Positions 48,103-57,477 of a stretch of 64,000 nt of DNA are shown in pieces; within the stretch, counting starts at the first letter, position 1, and each line of letters starts with the position of its first letter. The stretch is from Candidatus Latescibacterota bacterium (lineage in GTDB: Bacteria > Latescibacterota > UBA2968 > GCA-2709665): NCBI GenBank assembly GCA_963662665.2, contig CAXXJS010000061.1:192001-256000 (forward strand), in the 5' to 3' direction. The notes under the pieces were generated by a model. That model was not told the origin of the DNA and searched no databases. It saw only the letters and a list, made by a program, of their open reading frames with translations. The position numbers and the translations under genes were made by a program.

Positions 48103-49125
48103 ATGAACTCAGACACAAAGGGTCTTGAACGAGGCGAGCGAGCCACGGATTTCGTGCTGCCTCTGGCGCACGACGGCACGCCGACCCGGTTCTATTCGAA
48201 GGCGGGCGGCGCAAAAACCGTGCTGGTTTTTTCAGGCGCGGGCGAGGACCTTCCGGTCGGCTTCTCGGCCGCTCTGGAAAAGCCGGACGTGGACATTCTG
48301 GCCGTGGCAGCTTCCGAGCCGGCGCACGTAACGACGTGGCCCCATCCGGTTTTCCTGGATGCGAAAGGCGCGGTCCGGTCGGCGTACCGGATCGGGGATC
48401 CGGGGGCATCCATCGCGCTGGTGCTGGACCCCAATTTGCGGGTGCTCGCGTCGGTTGTTCTGGACGACGCCGGGAATGCCGCGCGGAAGGTGCGGAACGT
48501 GCTGGATTCATACCCGGCGGAAACCGAAGCCAGGGTGGTTGACACGCAAGCCCCGGTGCTGCTGATTCCCAACGTACTGGATCCTGAGATCTGCAATTTT
48601 CTGATGCAGGTGTGGGAGAACAGAGGCAACGTGGAAACCGGCGTCGAGCAGTCGGAGAGCACAAGGCGGGGTGAACGGATCGACGTCGAACAGAAGAGCA
48701 GGAGAGACCATATCGTAGAGGATGACAGACTGGTCAGGTTGCTGTCATCCACCATCGGCCGCAGGGTGATTCCTGAAGTGCGGCGGGCGTTCGCGTACCG
48801 CGCCACTCGGTTTGAGGGATTTAAGATAGCCTGCTACGACGCAGCATCCGGAGGATTTTTTCACGCGCATAGGGACAATCTGAGCCCGGCCACCGCTCAC
48901 CGGCGGTTCGCGCTCACGTTGAACCTGAACGAACAGTTCAGAGGGGGGCACCTTCGGTTTCCGGAATTCGGCCCGCATCTTTACAGACCCTGCGCCGGCG
49001 GGGCGGTGGTTTTTTCATGTTCGCACCTGCACGAGGTCACGGAGGTGACGTCGGGCAAGCGTTTCGCACTGCTTTCCTTCATGTTCGGAGACGAGGAGTT
49101 GCGTTCCAGGCCGCAGGCGCCTTGA
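48103..49125 (+). CDS. Redoxin-like domain plus 2OG-Fe(II) oxygenase fusion
   Basis: GERATDFVL...VLDPNLRV, then KSRRD, HRDN, GG.LRFPEFG, LHEVTEVTSGKR. Confidence 0.85.
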   Translation: MNSDTKGLERGERATDFVLPLAHDGTPTRFYSKAGGAKTVLVFSGAGEDLPVGFSAALEKPDVDILAVAASEPAHVTTWPHPVFLDAKGAVRSAYRIGDPGASIALVLDPNLRVLASVVLDDAGNAARKVRNVLDSYPAETEARVVDTQAPVLLIPNVLDPEICNFLMQVWENRGNVETGVEQSESTRRGERIDVEQKSRRDHIVEDDRLVRLLSSTIGRRVIPEVRRAFAYRATRFEGFKIACYDAASGGFFHAHRDNLSPATAHRRFALTLNLNEQFRGGHLRFPEFGPHLYRPCAGGAVVFSCSHLHEVTEVTSGKRFALLSFMFGDEELRSRPQAP

Positions 49126-49147
49126 AGGAGTCGCGAGGCAATGCGTT

Positions 49148-51067
49148 TTACCAGGTGTGCACCATTTTTCCGTCGCCCGGAAACCAGACCGCATCGACGG
49201 CGGTAGAGATGCCCACGCCTAACGTATAACCGATCAGCAAACCAATAAAAAAGGGTTGAAAACTGCGGTAGAGCGCGATGCCGCCAAACCGGAGCACAAG
49301 GGACTTGAAGGCCCACACGAGAAAGACGGTGAATGCCGTGACACGCACCGGGAACGCGTAGCCGACCGTGAATCCGACGGGATGCAGCGGCCACCATGGA
49401 AAGCGCAACCGGAGCATCCCCAGGAGCAGGGTGCCCAGAACGCCGGCCGCCAGGAATGCAAGTTCCGAGCCGGTAAAGGTCGGCGGGGCGGTGGCCCACG
49501 TGACCACGCGGTCGAACATCCGAAGGCCGTAGCCGCCGAATACGTATACGTGCCGGATATTTGCGGTGCCGGTGGCGCTGTAGCAGAGATTGAGGGTGTA
49601 CGCGACCGACGCTATGAAGCCAACGACAAATGCCGCGCAGAGCGCTACGGTAACGCGGGCCCGGTTCCAGCGGAAGCTGTGCTGGATTCGCGCGATGTGT
49701 ACAAGTGAGGGCAGGATGTATTGCCGGTGGCTTTCAACGACGTTGGCCGACAGGGCCATGCCTACGTGGTCGCCCGTCTGCACCTGGGTGCCCAGTATTG
49801 CCGCGGTCAGCGCCTGCGTGCGCTGCGGCGTTTCGATATAGACCAGGCCGGTTTCGGCGACAATCTTGGACAGTCCGAGAAAAAAGACGAGAAGCAGGCC
49901 GAGTTGGACGGTTACGGCCAGGATTGAAATGCCCAGCGCGTGAAGCCAGGCCACGGCGTAGACCAGGGATACCAGAAGGCCGACAACGGCGGCGCGATAG
50001 GACAGGAGTTCGTCCCTGTCGTCCATGTCCGGCTGCCTCCGCCAGGCGCTGCGAAACACGCCGGCGACGTGCTTTCGGGCCATGAAGAGGCCCAGAAATA
50101 CAAGGGCCGTGAAACCGCCCGCCTGTTGCAGAAGTACGCCGCCGTGGTATTCGCTGCTCACGGTGACGCCAAGACGGTTGGTCAGGCCGATCTCGAACAG
50201 CGACAGGACATGAAACAGCCATACGGAAAGCAGCACCTCCAGGTTCGTGAGATAACCGAACGCGGCGACCACAAAGTTGAATTTGATCTGCAGCGGCGGG
50301 AAATCAGGGCCGAAACTCAGGGCGCTGGAAAACGTGGGTCCAAGAGGAATGTAGGGCACGCGGTGAGAGAATCGTGGGAGAACGTTCCACGCGAGAACGA
50401 AAATACCGATACCGAATCCGGCCCAGAAACGACGGTTGTTGAAAAGAGGGATTGCACCGGACCCGGGGTCCGATATCATCATCAGCGGCAGCCGGGCCAG
50501 GGGAAAGACGATCCGTTCGTGTTCCACCCACTGTTTGCGGAGGATCACGGCGATGCTGAGGCAGGCGAAAAACAGGGCGAAAAGCAGCGTGAACCACCAG
50601 AATAACGGTACCAGCCAGACCTCCCACGGAATGGGCTGACCCCTCGGCAGCCCTTCCCACAGGTGGGTGATGGCCCCGTTCCGGTTTCCGGGAACGGACC
50701 AGGGTCGCAGGTGTTCGGTGACGTACTCGCCCCACCGGTTTTCGGGTGTCGCCTTGTAGTACGGCGTGGCGAGGACGGCGACCAGTCGGCCCGCGATGTT
50801 TTTGGTAGGAAACGCGCCCCCGATGAATCCCATGCAGAGGACGAGCCCGAGTTCTTGCGCGTTAAGCGACCAATGCGGACGTACGCTCTGCAGAATCCGG
50901 TTGGTGAGGAAAAGGAGCAGGAACGGCAGCCAGAGAGACATGGGCAGGTGGCCCAGGGAGACTCTTGAGGCGCGCAGGCGGTAGGTTGTGTCCGTCGCGA
51001 AGAGGCAGATGACAATGGTGAGCGCAAGGCCGATGAGGATGGACCGGCGGCTGACAATCTGTGCCAT
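49148..51067 (-). CDS. Large polytopic membrane protein (DUF6785/DUF6784-like, putative transporter)
   Basis: Many TM helices. ATPENRW, IPW..W..P, LRKQW..HER..FPL, AETG, WWPLHPVG, RFGG..LYR...PFF.GL..G. Confidence 0.72.
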   Translation of the reverse strand: MAQIVSRRSILIGLALTIVICLFATDTTYRLRASRVSLGHLPMSLWLPFLLLFLTNRILQSVRPHWSLNAQELGLVLCMGFIGGAFPTKNIAGRLVAVLATPYYKATPENRWGEYVTEHLRPWSVPGNRNGAITHLWEGLPRGQPIPWEVWLVPLFWWFTLLFALFFACLSIAVILRKQWVEHERIVFPLARLPLMMISDPGSGAIPLFNNRRFWAGFGIGIFVLAWNVLPRFSHRVPYIPLGPTFSSALSFGPDFPPLQIKFNFVVAAFGYLTNLEVLLSVWLFHVLSLFEIGLTNRLGVTVSSEYHGGVLLQQAGGFTALVFLGLFMARKHVAGVFRSAWRRQPDMDDRDELLSYRAAVVGLLVSLVYAVAWLHALGISILAVTVQLGLLLVFFLGLSKIVAETGLVYIETPQRTQALTAAILGTQVQTGDHVGMALSANVVESHRQYILPSLVHIARIQHSFRWNRARVTVALCAAFVVGFIASVAYTLNLCYSATGTANIRHVYVFGGYGLRMFDRVVTWATAPPTFTGSELAFLAAGVLGTLLLGMLRLRFPWWPLHPVGFTVGYAFPVRVTAFTVFLVWAFKSLVLRFGGIALYRSFQPFFIGLLIGYTLGVGISTAVDAVWFPGDGKMVHTW

Positions 51068-51284
51068 GGGATTTGGATCCCGGCTTCCGCGGGAGGTTGG
51101 GTGGGTGTGCGGACGGGCGGACTGGCATAAGGAGAAAGGCGCCCGGCAGTTGCGTGGGGTGCCTGAAGTGGCGATAATATGAAGTGTTCAGGCTGCGCTG
51201 TCAACGGGTGAATAGCCCGTCTTTTTCACGTCCCTTGCCGCATGCTGAAGGCGGGCGGGGACGGCGCGGACAGTCGGAGGGCGA

Positions 51285-52148
51285 GTGTCCACGATCGAGG
51301 AAAGTCTTCACGTCCGGCCAATGACGCCGGCGGACGTCGCAATCGGGATGCGGTTCAAGACCCTGGCCGGCTGGAATCAGGTCGAACAGGACTGGCAGCG
51401 CTTTCTGGCGCTCTCTCCCCATGGCTGTTTTGTCGCGGAGGTCAGTGGTGAGCCCGCCGGTACGGTGGTGACGGTCACGTTCGCGGGCGTATGTGGCTGG
51501 GTTGCGATGGTTCTGGTGCCGCCGGCGCGGCGGCGGCAGGGAATAGGCACGGAGATGTTGCGGCACGGGATTGCCCACCTGCAGGCCAATGGCGTCGATA
51601 CCATCAAGCTGGACGCAACGCCGATGGGCCGGCGGGTTTACGTGCCGCTCGGATTCCGCGATGAGTACGGATTGCAGCGCAGGGAAGGGGTCGGACAGAC
51701 ATGCCGCTGGACTTCGGTGTGCGCGATGCGTGATTCGGACCTGACGGACGTGATTGCTTTTGACACGCCCCGCTTCGGCGTCTGCCGCGAGAATCTGTTA
51801 AGGTTTCTGTATCGGGATTCAGGGGGAATGTGCGGCGTTTTTCCGGGGGCCGGGAGCGGGCTAAAAGGTTACGTCATGGTCAGGCCCGGAAGCGGCGCCT
51901 TCCAGATCGGACCCCTGGTCGCGGCCCATGAACGGGCGGGCCGGGCGCTGTTTTGCTGGGCGCTGGACCGGCTGGCCGGCGAACCTGTTTTCTTCGACGT
52001 CCCGCTGGAAAATCCGGACGGGACGGCGCTGGCAGAGGAATTCGGATTTACCGTCCAGCGCGGGTTTGCGCGGATGTACCTCGGCGAGGAACCTTACGGG
52101 GGATCGCCGCGGCAGGTGTATGCGACCTCGGGTCCGGAAAAAGGTTAG
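51285..52148 (+). CDS. GNAT N-acetyltransferase (tandem-domain type)
   Basis: GWNQ, RRQGIG, LDATPMG..VY..LGF, IGPLVA, GPEKG. Confidence 0.87.
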   Translation: MSTIEESLHVRPMTPADVAIGMRFKTLAGWNQVEQDWQRFLALSPHGCFVAEVSGEPAGTVVTVTFAGVCGWVAMVLVPPARRRQGIGTEMLRHGIAHLQANGVDTIKLDATPMGRRVYVPLGFRDEYGLQRREGVGQTCRWTSVCAMRDSDLTDVIAFDTPRFGVCRENLLRFLYRDSGGMCGVFPGAGSGLKGYVMVRPGSGAFQIGPLVAAHERAGRALFCWALDRLAGEPVFFDVPLENPDGTALAEEFGFTVQRGFARMYLGEEPYGGSPRQVYATSGPEKG

Positions 52149-52219
52149 GCGGGACAATTCCGGCAAGAGCCGGCAGTGGCGGCAGTTTACTGCGATACGA
52201 GCCGCCGAAGGATGATACG

Positions 52220-53239
52220 ATGACACCGCGACCGCTGCTGGGGATCACGATGGGGGATGTCTGCGGCATCGGCCCGGAGGTGATCGCAAAGGCGTTGAGT
52301 CATCAGGATGTATACGCGTTCTGCAGGCCGCTGGTGATCGGAGACGCGGAAGTTCTCGCCGCGAACCTGGCGCATGCAGGCCGGCGGCTCGAGGTCCGGC
52401 GCGTGGAAGCGCCAGAATCGGGCGGTTACCGCTTTGGAGAGATTGATCTGTTGGCGCCGATCGGCCTGGATCATGCGCAGATTGAGACGGGACGGGTCTG
52501 TCCCGAAGCGGGCCGGACGGCCGTGGAATGGGTGGTCCGGGCGGTGGATCTGGCAGTGGGGGGGCGGACCGACGGGATTGTGACGGCGCCGCTGAATAAG
52601 GAGGCGATGAACCGGGCCGGGTTCCGGTATGCGGGTCATACGGAACTGCTGGCTGAACGCCTCGGCGTTGCGGACGTCCGATTGATGCTGGCCTCCGAAC
52701 GCCTGAACGTGGCCCATGTTACCGGACACGTGTCGTTGCGGCAGGTACCGGAGCGGTTGTCGGAAGCCCGGGTTCTCGGCACCATCAGACTGCTGCATAG
52801 CGCGCTGACGGATATGGGACGTCCGCATCCCCGCATTGCCGTGTGCGGCTTGAATCCGCACGCCGGTGAGGCGGGTATCCTCGGCTCGGAAGACTCGGAA
52901 CTGATCCAGCCGGCTGTTCAGAGGGCAAATGCCGGGGGAATGCGGGTTGACGGACCGTTGCCCGCGGATACGGTCTTTCTGAAGGCGTACAACGGGGGGT
53001 TTGACGGCGTGGTGGCGATGTACCACGACCAGGGACACGCGCCGGTCAAGCTTGTGGCGTTCCACACTGCGGTGAATGTGACGCTGGGGCTGCCCATCGT
53101 CCGTGTGTCGGTGGATCATGGGACGGCGTTCGATATTGCGGGCAGGGGTGTGGCGGATGAGACCAACATGCTCGAAACGCTGCGCCTGGGCGCGCGCCTG
53201 GCGCTCAGACGACTGCAGAAAACGCACGATGAAACATGA
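52220..53239 (+). CDS. pdxA: 4-hydroxythreonine-4-phosphate dehydrogenase family (PdxA/PdxA2)
   Basis: TMGD..GIGPE, TAPLNKE, GHTE, LNPHAGE, AMYHDQG, RVSVDHGTAFDIAG. Confidence 0.9.
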   Translation: MTPRPLLGITMGDVCGIGPEVIAKALSHQDVYAFCRPLVIGDAEVLAANLAHAGRRLEVRRVEAPESGGYRFGEIDLLAPIGLDHAQIETGRVCPEAGRTAVEWVVRAVDLAVGGRTDGIVTAPLNKEAMNRAGFRYAGHTELLAERLGVADVRLMLASERLNVAHVTGHVSLRQVPERLSEARVLGTIRLLHSALTDMGRPHPRIAVCGLNPHAGEAGILGSEDSELIQPAVQRANAGGMRVDGPLPADTVFLKAYNGGFDGVVAMYHDQGHAPVKLVAFHTAVNVTLGLPIVRVSVDHGTAFDIAGRGVADETNMLETLRLGARLALRRLQKTHDET

Positions 53240-53268
53240 CGCGAAAGCGCGGCGCCATTATTGCGATT

Positions 53269-53646
53269 TCAGTCCATGCCCGCGATAAAATCCATGGTCA
53301 CGAGATGGTCGCCGGTGTCGGTGAACACCGGTGATCGCGCCGGCGGGTTTTTCGGAAAGAAACCGGCGTAGGCGTCATTGAAGTCCGCAAATAGCGACCG
53401 GTCTTTGAGAAAGACGGTAACTTTGAGGACGTTGTCCAGCGAGGTTCCCGCGTCGTCAAGAATGCCGGATACGTTGGTGAGGATCCGGCGGGTCTGGGCC
53501 TTCACGTCGCCGGCATCCACGTCCCCCGTTTCCGGGTCCACGGGCGGCTGGGCGGAGATGAACATCAGATCGCCGTATATAACGGCCTGCGAGTAGGGGA
53601 ATTTGGGAATGTTCCCCCTGGAACTGGTGAACGGTCGCTTTTTCAT
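53269..53646 (-). CDS. RidA/YjgF family protein
   Basis: PYSQAV, QTR..L.N...IL, VLKVTVFL, FN..Y..FF...PPARS. Confidence 0.88.
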   Translation of the reverse strand: MKKRPFTSSRGNIPKFPYSQAVIYGDLMFISAQPPVDPETGDVDAGDVKAQTRRILTNVSGILDDAGTSLDNVLKVTVFLKDRSLFADFNDAYAGFFPKNPPARSPVFTDTGDHLVTMDFIAGMD

Positions 53647-53756
53647 GTCGCGTCCTTTCCTGAAAACCGGGCGTTTGTGGACTCTGAGTGCGGTAATATA
53701 CGTTAGCTGTCTGCCCGGAAAACAGATATCTTCGTGCAGCCCGGCGCGTGAGGAGA

Positions 53757-53796
53757 CATCCTGCCAATCCTCTCATCCTGCGAATCCTGATCCTGG
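53757..53796 (-). repeat. Short ATCCT(G) array with roughly 9-nt period
   Basis: catcctgccaatcctctcatcctgcgaatcctgatcctg contains five ATCCT units. Confidence 0.55.
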
Positions 53797-53844
53797 TTTT
53801 TATGGTTTCGCCCAGAGATATCCAAATTGCGGAGGTATCGTCAA

Positions 53845-55077
53845 TTGAAAATCCGCCCCGACCTTGTTCCCGCGGCCGAGAGGGACAATCTGGAGGTCGT
53901 CCAGCTCACGGATGAGTCGATTCCGTCTTCGCACATTTACATGGAAGCGCAGATCTTCACGCCCGATTCGCGGCGGCTGGTGCTCCACCGTTCTGCGCAT
54001 CCCCACGGCTCCGATCCGAAAGATCCGGAGCACAGATACATGATCTGCGACCTGGAGGAACACTGTCGTCTGGCGCCCCTCACGACCGAAGCGGGAACGA
54101 CCGCGCCGTCCATCTCGCCCGACGGCGTATGGCTGTACTACTTTGTCGACGAAACCGACCCCGCGGACCCGGGGCCGCTCACGCTCAAGCGGGTGAGACT
54201 GGACGGGTCGGACCGCGAGGTGATCTGTGTTCTGGACCATCCCGTACCGGGCACGGATTTCCGGCTCAGCCGTCCGTATCCGCTTTCGACCATTTCATCC
54301 GACGGCAGGCGAATTGCCATTTCAGGTTTCCTGGGCGACGGCCGGACCGAATGCGCGCCATGGGGACTGCTTGTCTTCGAAATAGACGAGCCATCCGTGC
54401 GGCTGGTCTTTCACGGACCCACCTGGTGCAACATCCACCCGCAATATACGCGGCAGACCGATGCGGACGCCTCGCACGACATTATGATTCAGGAGAACCA
54501 CGGAAACGTCGCGTCCCCCGATGGCAGGATTGAGAAGCTCACGAGCGGACGGGGCGCCGATATTCACCTGATCCGGGACGACGGGACCTTGCTCCGGGAT
54601 TTCCCGTGGGGCCGGGACAGAAACGAATTCTGCCAGGGGCACCAATGCTGGCAGGGACGCTCCGACATTGCGATCACCAGCACGTCCACGCGTGAACCCG
54701 ATGAAAGGCAGCTTTTTTCCGGCCGCGCGGCGGCGCACGCCGGTCATCTCGGCACCGCGACCCCCGAGGGATGGCGAAACGACCTTTCCCGTTCCTTCAA
54801 CGGACCGGACTTCTATCACTTCGCCACCGACGTCGCCGGACGCCGCCTGATTACCGATGCGGGTCCCAGGGACGGGGGCGGCGCGGTCTGGCTGTTCGAT
54901 CTTCCAGGGGCGGATGATGGCGCGTTGTCGAACGCAAGAAAGGTCGCGAACCCCGGGTCCTCCTGGCGAAAGGACACCCATATCCATCCCTTCCTGGCGC
55001 CGGACGGACGTTCCGGCTTCTTCAATTCCGACGAGAGCGGCGTACTCCAGGCTTACATGGTGCGCGGGTGGTCCTGA
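53845..55077 (+). CDS. TolB-like / oligogalacturonate-lyase-like beta-propeller protein
   Basis: GGAGGT RBS then TTG. FTPDS, ISPDG, ISSDG, HIHPFLAPDG...FNSDESG. Confidence 0.7.
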   Translation: MKIRPDLVPAAERDNLEVVQLTDESIPSSHIYMEAQIFTPDSRRLVLHRSAHPHGSDPKDPEHRYMICDLEEHCRLAPLTTEAGTTAPSISPDGVWLYYFVDETDPADPGPLTLKRVRLDGSDREVICVLDHPVPGTDFRLSRPYPLSTISSDGRRIAISGFLGDGRTECAPWGLLVFEIDEPSVRLVFHGPTWCNIHPQYTRQTDADASHDIMIQENHGNVASPDGRIEKLTSGRGADIHLIRDDGTLLRDFPWGRDRNEFCQGHQCWQGRSDIAITSTSTREPDERQLFSGRAAAHAGHLGTATPEGWRNDLSRSFNGPDFYHFATDVAGRRLITDAGPRDGGGAVWLFDLPGADDGALSNARKVANPGSSWRKDTHIHPFLAPDGRSGFFNSDESGVLQAYMVRGWS

Positions 55078-55194
55078 GTGGCCAGGAAACCAATCGATGT
55101 CCCGGCCACATGGGCCGGACGCAGCCCGGATGGGGTTTTTCAACGGGCTGATCATGCAGGTTGCGTTTTCAAATGCCGTAATGAGAGGCGTGCG

Positions 55195-55839
55195 ATGAAG
55201 AAGGCGTTGATGGTTTATGGCGGCTGGCAGGGGCACGAGCCCAAACAGTGCGTGGACATTTTCGCTCCGATTCTTGCCGATGAGGGTTTTGACGTGGCGC
55301 TGTCGGATACGATGGACGTGTATCTGGACGCGGGACAGATGGCTGAACTGAGTCTTGTCGTACCGGTCTGGACGATGGGTAAAATCGAACGGGAGCAGGA
55401 GAAGGGTCTCCTGGAAGCCATCAGGAGCGGCGTCGGGATTGCCGGGTGGCACGGAGGAATGGCAGATGCCTTTCGGGACAATACGGAATACCAATTTATG
55501 GTCGGCGGCCAGTGGGTGGCGCATCCCGGCGGCGTCATCGACTACGAGGTGAACGTCGTGGATCATGAAGACCCGATTACCCGCGGGATACCGGATTTCA
55601 GGATGCATTCAGAGCAATACTACATGCACGTGGATCCATCCAACCGCGTGTTGGCGACCACCACGTTCCAGACCGCGGTGGCGCCGTGGGTGAACGGGTG
55701 CGTGATGCCGGTCGTCTGGAAGCGCATGTGGGGGGAGGGACGGGTGTTCTACTCGTCATTGGGGCACGTGGCGGAGGATTTCGGCGTGCCGGAGGCGCGG
55801 GAGATTCAGCGGCGGGGGATGGTATGGGCGAGCCGGTAA
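55195..55839 (+). CDS. ThuA-like domain protein
   Basis: [44 protein letters not shown]. Confidence 0.88.
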   Translation: MKKALMVYGGWQGHEPKQCVDIFAPILADEGFDVALSDTMDVYLDAGQMAELSLVVPVWTMGKIEREQEKGLLEAIRSGVGIAGWHGGMADAFRDNTEYQFMVGGQWVAHPGGVIDYEVNVVDHEDPITRGIPDFRMHSEQYYMHVDPSNRVLATTTFQTAVAPWVNGCVMPVVWKRMWGEGRVFYSSLGHVAEDFGVPEAREIQRRGMVWASR

Positions 55840-55874
55840 CCGGGACAGAATATCCGGGAAGGCGTTTGCGGGGC

Positions 55875-55903
55875 TTGACAACGGCGCGCGGCTATTGTAT
55901 TTT
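55875..55903 (+). promoter_or_regulatory. tRNA-Cys promoter TTGACA-N17-TATTTT
   Basis: Exact -35 with 17-nt spacer, 15 nt before the tRNA. Confidence 0.7.
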
Positions 55904-55918
55904 CAAATCATAAAGCGA

Positions 55919-55993
55919 GGCGGCGTGGCCAAGTGGTAAGGCAAGGGCCTGCAAAGCCCCGATTCGGCGGTTCGAATCCGCCCGCCGCCTCCA
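55919..55993 (+). tRNA. tRNA-Cys(GCA)
   Basis: Acceptor stem GGCGGCG/CGCCGCC, anticodon loop CTGCAAA, GGTTCGAATCC, U73 discriminator, encoded CCA. Confidence 0.96.
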
Positions 55994-56071
55994 TTTGAAG
56001 GGTGGTTACACGACTGTCTTATAGAGATTAGTCGTTGTTTTTTTGGAAGTAGGATGAACGGATAATCCTGC

Positions 56072-56100
56072 TTGACAATGAGCTGGCCGTTAGCTATTTT
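56072..56100 (+). promoter_or_regulatory. tRNA-Leu promoter TTGACA-N17-TATTTT
   Basis: Exact -35 with 17-nt spacer, 10 nt before the tRNA. Confidence 0.7.
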
Positions 56101-56110
56101 CGAACCCGGT

Positions 56111-56196
56111 GCCGGAGTGATGGAATTGGTAGACATAGGGGACTTAAAATCCCCCGGGCCGAAACGCCCGTGCCGGTTCGAGTCCGGCCTCCGGCA
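56111..56196 (+). tRNA. tRNA-Leu(TAA)
   Basis: Acceptor stem GCCGGAG/CTCCGGC, anticodon loop CTTAAAA, long variable arm, GGTTCGAGTCC. CCA not encoded. Confidence 0.95.
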
Positions 56197-56229
56197 CTCA
56201 CACGATACCGAATCCAAGAGGGCTGTCCT

Positions 56230-56634
56230 ATGAAAATCGGAAACAAACAGCTGATTATTGTGGGTGATCGGGTCCTGGTGAAACAGGAGGAACTACAGGA
56301 ACGTACCGAGGTTGGCCTGTATCTCCCGCAGACGGTTATCGAGAAGGAGGAGGTTCAGGGCGGGCGTATTATCCTGACGGGTCCGGGGATACCGTTGCCG
56401 CAGCCTCGCGACGTCGACGACGAGCCATGGCGGAGCGTACCCGACGAACCCAAGTACCTTCCAATGCAGGCCCTGGTTGGCGACTATGCCTTGTTCTTGA
56501 AAAAGATGGCGATGGAGATCAATTTCGAGGGTGAGAAGTACCTGATAATTCCGCACAACTCCATACTGGCGCTGGTTCGGGAAGGCGGGGACGAACTGGA
56601 GGGATTCGACGACGTGGATGAATTCGAAACCTGA
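56230..56634 (+). CDS. Stand-alone GroES/Cpn10-family paralogue
   Basis: GDRVLVK...T..GLYLP, G.G, VGD..LF, EI.FEGEKYLII....IL, with an internal acidic/Pro insert. Confidence 0.85.
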   Translation: MKIGNKQLIIVGDRVLVKQEELQERTEVGLYLPQTVIEKEEVQGGRIILTGPGIPLPQPRDVDDEPWRSVPDEPKYLPMQALVGDYALFLKKMAMEINFEGEKYLIIPHNSILALVREGGDELEGFDDVDEFET

Positions 56635-56660
56635 GGACCCCGCACGTGGCTTCGTGTACG

Positions 56661-56692
56661 CGCCGGTTCGATACCCGAACCGGCGTTTTTTT
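56661..56692 (+). terminator. Rho-independent terminator
   Basis: CGCCGGTTCG-atacc-CGAACCGGCG followed by T7, between convergent genes. Confidence 0.85.
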
Positions 56693-57391
56693 CTATGCGG
56701 GATCCTGTTTGGATCCTCCGGCAACCGTGGGCAGGTTGGCCGGCGGACCTGCCGGCGGGGACTTCAGCGCATCCGGAATGACGACCCCGGCCGAAACGAT
56801 CAACTGCAACGCCTCTTCAACCGTGAGTGAGACGTTCCGAACCTTTTCCGGCGGGAATATGACTGTCCAGCCGCTAGCGGGATTCGGTGAGGTCGGAACA
56901 AACACGCAGCGGCCAATCCGGCCATCCTCGCCCATCGGAATGTCACCAGTTGCGAAACCCAGAATCCACAACCCGTCCGTTGGATATTCGGCGAGCACAA
57001 CCCGGTTGAAGCCCCTGTCTTCTTCCGGTGAAACAACCGATTCCATGAACTGTTTCACCGGGGCGTAGATGCTGCCGATCACCGGAAGACGTTTTAACAG
57101 GACGTCTCCTATGCCGATAAGGCGTTTGCCGAATACGTTGCCGGCGAGTAATCCGGCGAGCCAGATAAGGATAAGCGTCAAGATCACGCCCAGGCCGAAG
57201 ACGTCGTTTTCTGTCTGGAAAATGCGTTTCGCCAGCGGCTGGGCCAACCCGTCCAGCCACTGAAAGATGATCTGCAGTACGATAAAGGTAACCGCTACCG
57301 GAACCAGTAGCGCTATCCCGGCAAACAGGGTGCCGCGAAAACTCATCCGTGCGCGTTTGCCTAAATTTGAAAGACGATCTTGCTGATCCAT
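56693..57391 (-). CDS. DUF502 family membrane protein
   Basis: RLPVIGSIY..VKQ, VLAEYP, GF.TG, VFVPTSPNP.SG, IVSAG. Confidence 0.88.
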   Translation of the reverse strand: MDQQDRLSNLGKRARMSFRGTLFAGIALLVPVAVTFIVLQIIFQWLDGLAQPLAKRIFQTENDVFGLGVILTLILIWLAGLLAGNVFGKRLIGIGDVLLKRLPVIGSIYAPVKQFMESVVSPEEDRGFNRVVLAEYPTDGLWILGFATGDIPMGEDGRIGRCVFVPTSPNPASGWTVIFPPEKVRNVSLTVEEALQLIVSAGVVIPDALKSPPAGPPANLPTVAGGSKQDPA

Positions 57392-57477
57392 CGATTCTCT
57401 GCTCCCAAGACGCTTCAGCACTCGGCTGGATGTCTGCCGTTCCGAATTATACCGTCTTCTCTAGTGAAAAGCAAGGT

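Noticed and set aside
55919-56196. tRNA genes as island integration sites
   Set aside because: I found no duplicated tRNA 3' end in the window, and the flanking genes look like core genes.
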